64,000 nucleotides of DNA from Thermoanaerobaculia bacterium (lineage in GTDB: Bacteria; Acidobacteriota; Thermoanaerobaculia; UBA5066), in NCBI GenBank assembly GCA_044229475.1, contig JBGASW010000002.1, positions 743,517 through 807,516 on the forward strand, read 5' to 3'. The notes below the pieces were generated by a model. That model was given only the letters and a program-made list of their open reading frames with translations, ran no database searches and was not told where the DNA came from. The position numbers and the translations under genes are program-made. This document shows positions 48,497-58,764 of this stretch, in pieces. Position 1 is the first letter of the stretch, and every line of letters starts with the position of its first letter.

Positions 48497-49319
48497 GCGC
48501 CGCGAGGAGCGCGGGAGACAGGAGCGCCTCCTCCACCTTCCTCGGGCCGCCTCGCTCGCGCCAGGCGCCGAGCGAGCGGCGCGCCCGGGTGAGGAGGATC
48601 GGGTCGGACTCGCCCTCCAGAACGTAGCGCGTCCCGAGCACGAGACACTGCAGGAGGTCGGCCTCCCGCGCGTCAGGCCGCGCGGCCCGGAGCCCCGCGA
48701 GAGCCGCCTCGGCGCCCTCGAAGTCGCCCGCCGAGAACAGGACGAGGACTCTTTCGATCGTCGCCCCACCGGCGTCCGCCCGGGTCGGACGGGGCGTAGG
48801 AGCGAGCAGCGGGGGCGCGCTCGTCGGGGCCGGCGTGGGAACGGGGGGGACGGGCGTGGGCGTCGCGGCGGCCTCGAGAGCGGCCGCGGCGCGCCGGTCG
48901 AGCGTGTCGACCCGGGCGAGGAGATCTCCGTATTCCGGGAACCGCCGGATCTCCCCGGCGTCGCGTGAGCGGGCGAGATCCTCGCGGGCGCCCGCGTCGT
49001 CCCCGATCTCCATCCTTGCCGCTCCCCGCCAGTAGTACGGGTCGTACAGGTCGACGTAGTAGCGGTTGGTCCCGAAGTGCACCTTGACGTCTCGATGGCC
49101 GGTGCCGAGCGCCTCGTCCATTCGCTTCAGGACCTCGGGCCAGTCCTTCCGCGCCGCGGCCGCGACACCCGCCTGGTAGGCTTTGACCGCCGCGTCGGGG
49201 GGTAGAATCGACTGCGGCGCGGCGGGGACCGCCAGCGCCAGGAAAAGCCCGGCAAGCGCCGGGATCCGGCCGGAAACGCGTGGGGTGGGGACCGCGACGG
49301 GACACTCCCTCGGAAGCAT
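48483..49319 (-). CDS. Hypothetical secreted protein (signal peptide, Pro/Thr-rich linker, TPR-like helices)
   Basis: High GC3. N-terminal hydrophobic signal. No catalytic motif. Confidence 0.55.
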   Translation of the reverse strand: MLPRECPVAVPTPRVSGRIPALAGLFLALAVPAAPQSILPPDAAVKAYQAGVAAAARKDWPEVLKRMDEALGTGHRDVKVHFGTNRYYVDLYDPYYWRGAARMEIGDDAGAREDLARSRDAGEIRRFPEYGDLLARVDTLDRRAAAALEAAATPTPVPPVPTPAPTSAPPLLAPTPRPTRADAGGATIERVLVLFSAGDFEGAEAALAGLRAARPDAREADLLQCLVLGTRYVLEGESDPILLTRARRSLGAWRERGGPRKVEEALLSPALLAALNGP

Positions 49320-49341
49320 TCAGAAGGGATTCTAGAGAACG

Positions 49342-52300
49342 ATGGGTTTCCCCACCCGATTCACGTCCGGCCTCGCGATCGCCATGCTGCTGGCCGCCGT
49401 TTTCGGCGTCCGGCAGGCCGGGGCCCAGACGACGCCGTACCCGTGCCCGGCCGCCGCTCCCGTCCTCACAGGCCCCGCCCTGGCGCAGGCGGGCGAGACG
49501 TACGCCGTCTCGTGGACGCACGTCCTCGGGAACTTCGTGTCCTCGAACGCCGCGTACTCCTACACGATCCTCCGCGCAGCGGACAAGGACTTCACGAAGG
49601 TCACCGACTCGATCACGACCCAGCGCTCCGCGCTGACGCTGCCGGCGCCGCCGGCCGGCGCGGCGACTCTTTATCACCAGGTCGTCGTCTCGACGCCCTG
49701 CACGACGCTCGGGGCTTCGTTCTCGAACGTCCTCGCCGTCCCCGTCAAGACGACGTGCGACGTCCCGCCCTCGGTCGGCGCCCTCACGGCCTCGCCGGAG
49801 AACCCGCCCGCGTTTTCGACGTGGGTCGTCTCGTGGAGCACGCTCGGCACCGGCCCGGGCCCCGGCGTCGGCGTGGCCAACCTGAGGTTCCGCCTCCGCC
49901 GGACGAGCGCACTCGAGCCCGAAGGCAGGGAGTGGGTCGTGGACGGCGGCTCGGCTTCCTTTGCGGGGCCGCCCGGCGAATATGTGTTCGAGGTCCGCGC
50001 CGAGGCCGCCTGCGGCAGCGTGGGCCCGTGGTCGCCCCCGAAGAGGGTCACGGTCGGAACGGTGGCCAAGCCCACGCTCGTCCTCGTCTCCGAGCCCGAG
50101 CCGCTCGCGCGGATCGTGCCGGCCGCGGGCGTCAGGCCGGGCACGTCGTTCACGGTCCGCAACGGAGGAACCGAGCCCGTCACGGCGACGACGAAGTGCG
50201 CCGACGCGGGCTTCGCGATCACCCCTGCGACGTTCACGCTCCCGGCGGGAGCCGCCCAGGAGATCTCGGTCACGTCGCTGTACGTGACCGCGCTTGCCCA
50301 GCCCGTGAAGACCGCGGTCACGGTTTCCTCCGGCGCCTCGACGCTCAGCGTCCCGATCACGATCGTCTTGGCCGCCGCGGCCGCGGCCGCTCCGGTCCGG
50401 TGGAGTCAGCCGACCGCGGACGTCGACGTGAACGGCACGGCGGTGACACGGAGCGTCGTGAACGGCGGCGCGACGACCGCGGCCTTCGTCGCGTCGGTCA
50501 AGGCGCCGTGGATCACGGTCCAGTCCGTCGACGGGCAGGCGTGGGACCGCCCGCTCGCGCCGTTCGAGACACGCTCCCTGCGCCTCGTCTTCGACCGCGC
50601 GAAGCGCCGCGGCGAGACCGGGACCGAGGTGGGCGCGGTCGCGCTCACGACGGTCGGCTTCACCGCGCCCGAGACGCTCGTCGTGACCGACGACGGTCCG
50701 AGGATCCCGCCGGCCGGGACGGGTGCGGGCGCGATCCCGGTCGCCTCCGCGAAGACGCGTGTCCTCTACGCCTCGTTCCCGAACGCACTCGACGCCCGCG
50801 GCGTGGGCCGCTTCGCGGCGGACCTCTGGATCACGAACACGGACGCCGTGAATCCGATCACGCTGTCGCTCCTCTTCAGCCCGGTCGGGGCGCCCGCCGA
50901 CGGCTCGGCACTCAAGCGCTTCGACGTCCAGCTCGCGGCCGGCGAGACGCGGCGCTACCGCAACGTCGTCGCGACGCTCATGGGCTCCGAGGGCGCGTAC
51001 ACGGTCGAAATCCGCTCCTCGGCGCCCACCGTGAGCGCCACGGCCCTCGTCGCGAACACGGCGCTCCCGGCCGTCGCGGCCGCGCGCCGGGCGCAGACCG
51101 GCCTCGCCTCCGGCTCGTACGGGTTCGAGATGCGGCCAACCTCGCCGGGCGAGGGGGCGAAGCAGAACGACCCGATCCAGGTCACCTCCGGGCTCGCGCA
51201 CGACGCGAATCGCCGGTCGAATCTGCTCCTCCTCGAAACATCGGGTTACGACACGACGGTTCTCGTCGAGCTGTTCAACAACCAGGGGAAACCGGTCACG
51301 AAGAACGGCCAGCCGGTCCAGCTCCAGAAGACCGTGCCGGCGAGCGGGACGCTCCAGATCAACGACGCCGACGAGCTCTTCGACGCGGCGCCGCTCGCGG
51401 GCACGTACGCGTACGCGCGGATCACGTGGAAATCGAGCGCGACGGACGGAACGGGCGCGCAGAAGGGCTCCGTGGTCGGGATGGCGACGGTCATCGACAA
51501 CCGCACGCAGGACTCGTCGCTCCACGTGGGCGTGTCGACGAACGCGCTGGATCCCGCCTACGTGCCCACGTCGAGCCTCGAGACCTCGCGCACCGCGCTC
51601 GTCTCTCTGCCGTTCGGCGGCGCTCCGGCCCCGCTTCTTTTTCCGACGGTCCACTCGGCCGGCGCCGCGCTCGCGACGGGGGCGAAGCCGTTCTGGCGCA
51701 CCCGCGTGACGCTCACGAACACATCGGAGGCGCAGCGATCCGTCACGCTCGAGTACCTCGACGCGGTCGACCCCTCGGTCACGCGGCAGTTCGGCGTGGG
51801 CCTCTCGCCGGGAGGCATCTTCTCTTTCGAGGACGTCCTCGAGGAGAGGTTGGGCATTCTGCCGGGACAGAACGCATACGGAGCCGTCAAGATCTCGGCC
51901 GCGAAGAACAACGACGAAACGTGGGCCGGCGTGGACGTGCAGACCGAGACCTACACCGTAGACCCGGTGCAGGGAGCGGGCGACTACAAGACCGGCATGG
52001 AAGGCTACGCGTATTTCCACGGCTACTCGTCGTTCCAGTCGAACCTCGGGACGATGTCGTTCGACGGCGCCGAGAACAGCACGGGTTACCGGACGAACAT
52101 CATCCTGCACGAGGTCGGAAACGCGTACTGTGACGTCATCATCTCGGCGTACCTGCCGGGGTCGTTCGTGCCCGTCGCGTCCAAGACCCATCGCCTCGCC
52201 CCCTTCGGATACTTCTCCGACGAGCTCTTCACGAACGTCCTCGGCCTGAACCTCACGGAGGTCACGGACGTGCGCGTCGTCGTGCGGCAGATCGCGGGGG

Positions 52301-52398
52301 ACGGCGTCTTCCTCGCCTTCGCCTCGAAGATCGACCGCGCGAGCGGCGATCCCGCGAACGTCTTCCTGCGCCCCGCCGCCGCCGGCACGGGCCGCTGA
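49342..52398 (+). CDS. Large secreted protein of unknown function, 1018 aa, Thr/Ala/Val-rich beta-type repeats
   Basis: RBS then ATG. Signal peptide MGFPTRFTSGLAIAMLLAAVFGVRQAGAQT. Single uninterrupted high-GC3 ORF. Minus ORF 48673..52191 is its shadow. Confidence 0.7.
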   Translation: MGFPTRFTSGLAIAMLLAAVFGVRQAGAQTTPYPCPAAAPVLTGPALAQAGETYAVSWTHVLGNFVSSNAAYSYTILRAADKDFTKVTDSITTQRSALTLPAPPAGAATLYHQVVVSTPCTTLGASFSNVLAVPVKTTCDVPPSVGALTASPENPPAFSTWVVSWSTLGTGPGPGVGVANLRFRLRRTSALEPEGREWVVDGGSASFAGPPGEYVFEVRAEAACGSVGPWSPPKRVTVGTVAKPTLVLVSEPEPLARIVPAAGVRPGTSFTVRNGGTEPVTATTKCADAGFAITPATFTLPAGAAQEISVTSLYVTALAQPVKTAVTVSSGASTLSVPITIVLAAAAAAAPVRWSQPTADVDVNGTAVTRSVVNGGATTAAFVASVKAPWITVQSVDGQAWDRPLAPFETRSLRLVFDRAKRRGETGTEVGAVALTTVGFTAPETLVVTDDGPRIPPAGTGAGAIPVASAKTRVLYASFPNALDARGVGRFAADLWITNTDAVNPITLSLLFSPVGAPADGSALKRFDVQLAAGETRRYRNVVATLMGSEGAYTVEIRSSAPTVSATALVANTALPAVAAARRAQTGLASGSYGFEMRPTSPGEGAKQNDPIQVTSGLAHDANRRSNLLLLETSGYDTTVLVELFNNQGKPVTKNGQPVQLQKTVPASGTLQINDADELFDAAPLAGTYAYARITWKSSATDGTGAQKGSVVGMATVIDNRTQDSSLHVGVSTNALDPAYVPTSSLETSRTALVSLPFGGAPAPLLFPTVHSAGAALATGAKPFWRTRVTLTNTSEAQRSVTLEYLDAVDPSVTRQFGVGLSPGGIFSFEDVLEERLGILPGQNAYGAVKISAAKNNDETWAGVDVQTETYTVDPVQGAGDYKTGMEGYAYFHGYSSFQSNLGTMSFDGAENSTGYRTNIILHEVGNAYCDVIISAYLPGSFVPVASKTHRLAPFGYFSDELFTNVLGLNLTEVTDVRVVVRQIAGDGVFLAFASKIDRASGDPANVFLRPAAAGTGR

Positions 52399-52405
52399 CG
52401 GGTCC

Positions 52406-53848
52406 TTGGCCGGCGCCGTCGAACGGATCGCCCACTACCGGATCCTGAAGCGGATCGGCCGCGGCGGCATGGGAATCGTGTACCAGGCCGTCGACGAGCG
52501 CGACGGCCGCCTCGTCGCCCTGAAGGTCATCCGCGAGGCCGAGGCCCCCGGCGACGAGTCCGCGGTCCACCAGCACGAGGCGCGCGTACGGTTCGACCGC
52601 GAGGCCGCGATCCTCAAGAGCCTCCTCCACGTCAACGTCGTGACCTTCTACGAGATCGGCGAGGAGGACGGCACGCCCTGGCTCGCGATGGAGTACCTCG
52701 ACGGCGTGCCGCTGACGTCCTACGCGGGCAAGCCGTGGACGGAGACGCTCCCGCTCCTCGTCCAGGCCGCGCACGGGATGGAGTACCTCGCCTCGCGCGG
52801 GATCGTCCACCGCGACCTCTCTCCCGACAACATCCTCGTGATCGAGCGCGGCGGCGACCTCATCGTCAAGCTCCTCGACTTCGGAATCGCGAAGCTGTTC
52901 GAGCACGCGACCGGCCTCGAGTCGCTCACGGCGACGGGTTTCTTCCTCGGGAAGGTCGCCTACGGCTCGCCCGAGCAGCTCGGCTCGCTCGGCCATGGCG
53001 CGACGCTCGACTGGCGGAGCGACGTCTACAGCCTCGGCGTCATCTTCTACCAGGTCCTCGCGGGCCAGCGCCCGTTCGACGGCAAGGCGCCGGTCGAGTA
53101 CATCGCGGCTCATCTGAACGCGACGGCGCCTCCCGTCGCCGCGCCGCACGACGCGCCCGCCCTTCCCGTGCCGCTCGTCCGGCTCATCGGGCAGATGCTG
53201 GAGAAGCGGCGCGAGGACCGGCCCGGCGGCTGGCGCGAGATCGTGGACCGGCTCGTCGGAGTTCTCCGCTCCTCCGGGAGCACGGCGCGGCTCCCGGAGT
53301 CCGTCGACCACCCGCTGCCGCCGCCGACGGCCACCGACCGTACGGCCCTCGTGGGCCAGACGCCGGCGCCGCCGCCGCCGCGCCGGGGACGCGGGGTCGA
53401 GGCGCGCATGCTCGCGAGCGTCGCCGCCGCGGCCGTCGTCCTCGTCGCCGCGGCCACGTGGTACGCGCGCCGGCCGCACGAGCCGGCCGATCCGCCCGCG
53501 CCCCGGCCGAGGCCAGCCCCTTCGGCGCGCGCAACGCCGGGAGGGACGCCCGCGCCGGCCGCTCTCGCGGGCCGCTTGAAGATCCTCGCGCTGCCGTACG
53601 CGCGCGTTCTCGCCGTCGTGGACGCCGCCGGAAAGGCGGTCGCGCTCCCGAAGGACGCGACGACGCCTCTCCTCCTGCGCGACCTCGCGCCCGGCACGTA
53701 CCGGGTGGCGCTCGCCGGCCCGGACGGGTCGCGCCGGGTGGAGCGGCGCGTCGACGTCGCTGCGGGAGCGGCCGAGCTCCTCTCGGAGCCGTTCGAGACG
53801 CCTTCCTCGCTCGCCCAGCTTCTCGGGACCGGAGGTTCGAAGCCATGA
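52406..53848 (+). CDS. Hanks-type Ser/Thr protein kinase with C-terminal TM segment and extracytoplasmic domain
   Basis: GRGGMGIVYQA...ALK (VAIK-like), HRDLSPDNILV, DFGIAK, SPEQL, then Pro-rich linker and hydrophobic helix. Confidence 0.9.
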   Translation: MAGAVERIAHYRILKRIGRGGMGIVYQAVDERDGRLVALKVIREAEAPGDESAVHQHEARVRFDREAAILKSLLHVNVVTFYEIGEEDGTPWLAMEYLDGVPLTSYAGKPWTETLPLLVQAAHGMEYLASRGIVHRDLSPDNILVIERGGDLIVKLLDFGIAKLFEHATGLESLTATGFFLGKVAYGSPEQLGSLGHGATLDWRSDVYSLGVIFYQVLAGQRPFDGKAPVEYIAAHLNATAPPVAAPHDAPALPVPLVRLIGQMLEKRREDRPGGWREIVDRLVGVLRSSGSTARLPESVDHPLPPPTATDRTALVGQTPAPPPPRRGRGVEARMLASVAAAAVVLVAAATWYARRPHEPADPPAPRPRPAPSARATPGGTPAPAALAGRLKILALPYARVLAVVDAAGKAVALPKDATTPLLLRDLAPGTYRVALAGPDGSRRVERRVDVAAGAAELLSEPFETPSSLAQLLGTGGSKP

Positions 53849-55290
53849 CGAAGCCGTTCTTCCGGGGGATTCCGGCCCTCGCGGTCCTTCTCGCCGCGTG
53901 GGCGCCGCCGGCGGCCGCCCAGCTCGATTCGGCCCTCCTCTCGAAGCTGCGCTTCAACCTCACGAACCCCGGCGGAAAGTCGCTCGCGATGGGCGGCGCC
54001 TTCTCCGCGATCGCCGACGACGCGACGGCGGCGCTCGCGAATCCGGCGGGCCTCGGCCTGATCTCGTCGATCGAGATCGCAGTCTCCGGCAAGCGCGTGA
54101 ACGAGACGCTCGCCCTGTCGACGGCCCGTTCGGTGGCGACGGGCAGTCTCGTGACGCCCTACCCGCCGGTCACGACGTCGTCCGTGGGCCTCGACGCGAG
54201 CTCGACGGGTGTCGAGTTCGCCGGCGTCGTCGTCCCGATCTCGCGCCGCCTCGTGGCCGCGCTCACGTACGCCGAAAACCTCCGTTTCGAGGGCGACGCG
54301 GGACCCGGCGGCTATCAGTACCTCGAGCTGCGCGACAACAGGTCCGGGGGGACCACGCGCCGGGACTTTCTCTTCGGGTACCGCGAGTACGGGTCGGCAA
54401 AGCTCTCGAACCGGCTCCTCGCGGCCTCCCTGGCGTATCGCGTCACGGAGAGCCTGCGGCTCGGCGGCGGCGTCACGCTGAACCGTTCCACGTTCGACCT
54501 CGAGGGCGACGCCGGCGGGCCGCACCGGATCGTCAGCCAGACGTACCTCTCGCCGACCGCGCAGGAGACCCGGACGGTCACCCTGGGGGTGGAGGGCCTG
54601 TCCGGCACGCAGGTCGGCTTCGTCGCGGGCGTCCACGCGGACCTCCTGTCCGACGGGCGGCTCACGTTCGGCGCGGACTACCGATGGACCCCCGCCGCCG
54701 ACGCGGCGCTCGTGATCGCCGGCGACGTGCCGCCCGCGCTCGCGTCCCAGACGTCGCGCGCGTTCAAGTTCCGGGTGCCGAGCGACGCGTCCGTCGGGCT
54801 GGCGGCGCACCCGATGCCGGGGCTGACGATCGCCGCGGAGGTCCAGTGGGTGCGCTACGGCGACATCTTCGACCGGGCGCTGCCCGTCGTTTCGTACGCC
54901 GGCCTCGCGGGGCCGTTCCCGGGCGTGCCCGTTACCGGCGTCCTCGCGGACCTCTCGCCCGCCCCGAACGTCTTCGTCCCGCGGCTCGGCTTCGAGTACG
55001 TCGCCGGTGGAAAGGACGTCCGGATGGCGCTTCGCGCCGGCTGGCACCGCGAGCCCGCGCACGGCGTCACGGCGAACCTCGCCGCGCGCGACGGCTCCGG
55101 CCAGCCCTACCCGATCACGGACCCGCCCTACTCCGAGAGCGTGGCCGCGGTTTTCGACGGCGGAAAGGCGGACGACCGGTTCACGGGAGGGCTCGGCCTC
55201 ACGGTGTCCCGCGCGCTCTCCGTGGACTTCGGGTTCGACGTGGGGCGCGACTCGCAGCAGTTCGCCGTGAGCCTCTTCTACCGCTTCTAG
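53845..55290 (+). CDS. FadL/TodX-family outer membrane transport protein
   Basis: ATGA overlap with the kinase. Signal peptide. N-terminal LAMGGAFSAIADDATAALANPAGLG hatch motif. C-terminal ...FAVSLFYRF. Confidence 0.7.
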   Translation: MTKPFFRGIPALAVLLAAWAPPAAAQLDSALLSKLRFNLTNPGGKSLAMGGAFSAIADDATAALANPAGLGLISSIEIAVSGKRVNETLALSTARSVATGSLVTPYPPVTTSSVGLDASSTGVEFAGVVVPISRRLVAALTYAENLRFEGDAGPGGYQYLELRDNRSGGTTRRDFLFGYREYGSAKLSNRLLAASLAYRVTESLRLGGGVTLNRSTFDLEGDAGGPHRIVSQTYLSPTAQETRTVTLGVEGLSGTQVGFVAGVHADLLSDGRLTFGADYRWTPAADAALVIAGDVPPALASQTSRAFKFRVPSDASVGLAAHPMPGLTIAAEVQWVRYGDIFDRALPVVSYAGLAGPFPGVPVTGVLADLSPAPNVFVPRLGFEYVAGGKDVRMALRAGWHREPAHGVTANLAARDGSGQPYPITDPPYSESVAAVFDGGKADDRFTGGLGLTVSRALSVDFGFDVGRDSQQFAVSLFYRF

Positions 55291-56429
55291 GCGCCCGCGG
55301 TCCCCGGGGCGCCAGGCTCGTCGCGCGTCTCCATCGCGCTCGCGTCGCGCGCGCCGTCGCGCGTCGCGTCGTCGAGCGCGGCCTCCGCGCGCCGGATGAG
55401 GTCCTCGATCGTCGTCTTCTCGAGCGGCCGCCGGGTCGCGATGCCCGCGGACGCCGTGACGCCGGCCGCCTTGGCCGCGAAAGCCCGGATGCGGTCGACG
55501 GCGGCGCGCGTGCTCGATTCCTCGGCTTCCACGAGGAGCGCGGCGAAGGAATCGGGGCCCCATCGGGCCGGTACGTCGATGCCGCGGATCGCGCGGGCGA
55601 TGCCCTGGCCGTAAGCCGCGACGATCTCGTCGACGGCCGCGGAATCCTTCTCCTTGCGGATCGCGGCGAAACCGTCCAGCTCGAGGAGGACGAGCGCGAG
55701 GGGTCGCCGCGTGCGCTCGGCGCGGAAGAGCTCGTCGCGCGAGCGGGCGAGGAACGTTCCGCGGTTGGGGAGGTTCGTGAGGGCGTCGGTCGTGGCGCGC
55801 GTGAAGAGCCGGCGCTCCTCGTCCGCCGCAGTGGGGAGAAGGAGGGCCGTGAAGGCCAGGAACGCCGTGCCGAGCAGGACACCCGAGGCGGAGGACGGTT
55901 CCGGAAGCCTGCGTGACGCGATCTCGGCGACGCCTCCGGCGAGGAGGATGCCCGTCGCCGCGAAGGCGAGGAACGTGTCCCGGCGCCGGTTCTCCTTCCG
56001 TGCGAGCACCCAGGCGACGCCGGCGCCCACGATGAGGAGCGAGGCCACCGCGAGGCTGTCGAGCCAGCCCGCGGACGCGGGCAGGGCGAGGGCGAGCGCC
56101 GTCCCGAGGACGGCCGGCGCCAGGATCGCGAGCCGCAGCCCCCGAGCGCCGAGGCCGAGGATCCGGAGCAGGAAAAGGAACCCGATCGCGGGCAGGAGGA
56201 ACGCGAGGGCGCGCACGAGCCGTCCGAGGATCTCCCGCGAGATGGGGACGGGCACGGGCGTCAGGAGCGGCGTCGCGAGCCAGAACGCGACCGCGAACGC
56301 GAGGACGGCGTAGAGGCCGAGCTCCACGCGCGCGCGGTTCCAGCGGAGCAGGAGCACGGCGAGGACGCCCAGCGACGCCGCGAGCAGCGCGCAGAACAGC
56401 ACGAGGACCTGTGGCAGCGTGAAGAGCAC
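55287..56429 (-). CDS. Membrane protein with degenerate GGDEF domain (GPDSF in place of GGDEF)
   Basis: About 6 N-terminal TM helices. GGDEF-domain context DALTNLPNRGTF...PLALVLLELDGF...ARWGPDSFAALL. Confidence 0.75.
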   Translation of the reverse strand: MLFTLPQVLVLFCALLAASLGVLAVLLLRWNRARVELGLYAVLAFAVAFWLATPLLTPVPVPISREILGRLVRALAFLLPAIGFLFLLRILGLGARGLRLAILAPAVLGTALALALPASAGWLDSLAVASLLIVGAGVAWVLARKENRRRDTFLAFAATGILLAGGVAEIASRRLPEPSSASGVLLGTAFLAFTALLLPTAADEERRLFTRATTDALTNLPNRGTFLARSRDELFRAERTRRPLALVLLELDGFAAIRKEKDSAAVDEIVAAYGQGIARAIRGIDVPARWGPDSFAALLVEAEESSTRAAVDRIRAFAAKAAGVTASAGIATRRPLEKTTIEDLIRRAEAALDDATRDGARDASAMETRDEPGAPGTAGA

Positions 56430-56467
56430 GGTTCGAGGCTAATTCTACGCGCGGGGCCGTCGCCTTG

Positions 56468-57397
56468 TCAGGCGCGCGCCTCGAAGTCCCGGATCGTGCT
56501 GCCGAGGCCTTCCTCGAGGGCGACCTTCGGCTCCCAGCCGAGCGTCGCCTTCGCGAGGGAAATGTCGGGCCGCCGCTGCCTCGGGTCGTCCACGGGAAGG
56601 GGGCGGAAGACGATCGGTGCGGGCGTTCCCGTGAGCCGCTTGATCGTCTCGGCGAACTGGAGAACCGTCATCTCCGCCGGGTTGCCGATGTTCATCGGGT
56701 CGCGGTAGCCGGACGTGAGGAGCCGGTGGATCCCCTCGATGAGGTCGGAGACGTAACAGAACGAACGGGTCTGCGAACCGTCCCCGAAGACCGTGAGCGG
56801 CTCCCGACGGAGCGCCTGGCCGATGAGCGACGGCACGATGCGCCCGTCGTTCGGCCGCATCCGGGGGCCGTACGTGTTGAAGATCCGGACGATCCGCGTG
56901 TCGACGTCGTGGAAGTTCCGGTACGCGATCGTCATCGCCTCGGCGAACCGCTTCGCCTCGTCGTAGCAGCCGCGCGGGCCGACGGGGTTCACGTTTCCCC
57001 AGTACGTCTCGGGCTGCGGGTGGACGAGCGGGTCGCCGTAGACCTCGGACGTCGAGGCGAGGAGGAAGCGGGCGCCCTTGGCGCGGGCGAGGCCGAGCGC
57101 CTTGTGCGTCCCGAGAGCGCCGACCTTGAGGGTCTGGATCGGGATCTGGAGGTAGTCGATGGGCGAGGCGGGGGACGCGAAGTGGAGGATCGCGTCCACC
57201 GGCCCGTCGAGGTAGATGTACTCCGTGACGTCGTGGAAGACGAAGCGGAACTTCCGGTTTCCCGCGAGGTGAGCGATGTTCCGCACGTCGCCCGTCACGA
57301 GGTTGTCGAGGCCGACGACGTCGTGACCCTCGGCGAGGAGGCGGTCCGTGAGGTGGCTGCCGAGGAACCCCGCGGCTCCCGTGACGACGACGCGCAT
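56468..57397 (-). CDS. UDP-glucuronate decarboxylase (UDP-xylose synthase, SDR-extended family)
   Basis: ATG rc 57395-57397. [16 protein letters not shown], catalytic YDEAK, strong similarity to UXS throughout. Upstream part of ORF 56468..59932 is not this gene. Confidence 0.85.
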   Translation of the reverse strand: MRVVVTGAAGFLGSHLTDRLLAEGHDVVGLDNLVTGDVRNIAHLAGNRKFRFVFHDVTEYIYLDGPVDAILHFASPASPIDYLQIPIQTLKVGALGTHKALGLARAKGARFLLASTSEVYGDPLVHPQPETYWGNVNPVGPRGCYDEAKRFAEAMTIAYRNFHDVDTRIVRIFNTYGPRMRPNDGRIVPSLIGQALRREPLTVFGDGSQTRSFCYVSDLIEGIHRLLTSGYRDPMNIGNPAEMTVLQFAETIKRLTGTPAPIVFRPLPVDDPRQRRPDISLAKATLGWEPKVALEEGLGSTIRDFEARA

Positions 57398-58692
57398 CAG
57401 GCGCGCCCGAGCCCGACGTAGTTCCAGCCCGCCTTCTTCATCTCCTTCGGCTCGTAGAGGTTCCGGAGGTCGACGAAGTTCTTCGCCTTCATCGTCTTCT
57501 CGATCCGGGGGAGGTCGAGCTTGCGAAACTGGTTCCAGTCCGTGGCGAGGACGAGGACGTCGGCGCCCGCGATGCAGGCGTACTGGTCCTCGGCGAGCTT
57601 CAGTCCCGGCATCTCCCTGCGGGCGTTCTCCATCGCCGCGGGGTCGTAGGCGACGACGTCGGCGCCGCGGGCAAGGAGGTCGGACGCGAGCTTCAGGCTC
57701 GCGCTCTCGCGGATGTCGTCCGTCTCGGGCTTGAACGCGATGCCGAGGAGCGCGACGCGTTTGCCGTCGACGCTCCCGCACAGCCCCTCGACCTTGTCGA
57801 TCATGCGGGCCTTCACGCGGTCGTTCGCGGAGAGCGTCGCCTCCATGAGCTCGAACGTGTAGCCCACCTTGCGGGCGAGGTCCACGACGGCGGAGGAGTC
57901 CTTCGGGAAGCACGAGCCGCCGTAGCCGGGGCCCGGGTTCAGGAACTGCGGCGCGATGCGCTTGTCGAGGCCCATTCCGCGCGCGACGTCCTTGACGTCG
58001 GCGCCCATCTTCTCGCACATCATCGCGATTTCGTTGATGAACGTGATCTTCAGCGCGAGGAAGCCGTTCGAGGCGTACTTGATGAGCTCGGCCGACTCGA
58101 CGTCCGTCACGACGAACGGCACGCCCGCGATCGCGAGCGGCGAGTAGACGTCCTTCACGATCGCGATCGCTTCTTCGTCGCGCGAGCCGATCACGACGCG
58201 GTCCGGGTGCATGAAGTCCTCGATCGCCGAGCCCTCGCGCAGGAACTCGGGGTTCGAGACGACCGAGAACTTGTATTTCCCGTTCTTCTTGAGGATCTCT
58301 TCGATCTGCGCGCCGGTTCCCGTGGGGACCGTGGACTTCGTGACGACGACCTTGTAGCCGTTCATGTGCTCGGCGATCGTCTCGGCGACCTGGAAGATGA
58401 ACGAAAGGTCCGGAGAGCCGTCGTCCTTGGGCGGCGTCCCGACGGCGATGAAGATCACGAGAGAGCGTTCGATCGCCTCGGCGACGTTCGTCGAGAACCG
58501 GAGGCGGCCCGCCTTCTCGTTCTTGTGGATGAGCTCCTCGAGGCCCGGCTCGTAGATGGGGGAGACGCCCTTGTTCAGGAGCGCGATCTTGCTCTCGTCC
58601 TTGTCGATGCAGCTCACGTCCATGCCGAAATCGGACAGGCAGGCGCCCGTGACGAGGCCCACGTAGCCCGTGCCGACCATGCAGATGTTCAT
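57397..58692 (-). CDS. ugd: UDP-glucose 6-dehydrogenase
   Basis: [19 protein letters not shown], catalytic GGSCFPKD, C-terminal UDP-binding domain. GGAGG RBS. Confidence 0.95.
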   Translation of the reverse strand: MNICMVGTGYVGLVTGACLSDFGMDVSCIDKDESKIALLNKGVSPIYEPGLEELIHKNEKAGRLRFSTNVAEAIERSLVIFIAVGTPPKDDGSPDLSFIFQVAETIAEHMNGYKVVVTKSTVPTGTGAQIEEILKKNGKYKFSVVSNPEFLREGSAIEDFMHPDRVVIGSRDEEAIAIVKDVYSPLAIAGVPFVVTDVESAELIKYASNGFLALKITFINEIAMMCEKMGADVKDVARGMGLDKRIAPQFLNPGPGYGGSCFPKDSSAVVDLARKVGYTFELMEATLSANDRVKARMIDKVEGLCGSVDGKRVALLGIAFKPETDDIRESASLKLASDLLARGADVVAYDPAAMENARREMPGLKLAEDQYACIAGADVLVLATDWNQFRKLDLPRIEKTMKAKNFVDLRNLYEPKEMKKAGWNYVGLGRA

Positions 58693-58764
58693 CGGAAAGA
58701 AGCCTCCAGCGGGGGAATCCCGGGGAGGGAGATTGTACCCGCCGGAGGCCTTCGAGACCTGGTT

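Noticed and set aside
48673-52191. 1172-aa minus-strand ORF
   Set aside because: Shadow of the 1018-aa secreted-protein gene. Arg/Gly/Asp low-complexity translation
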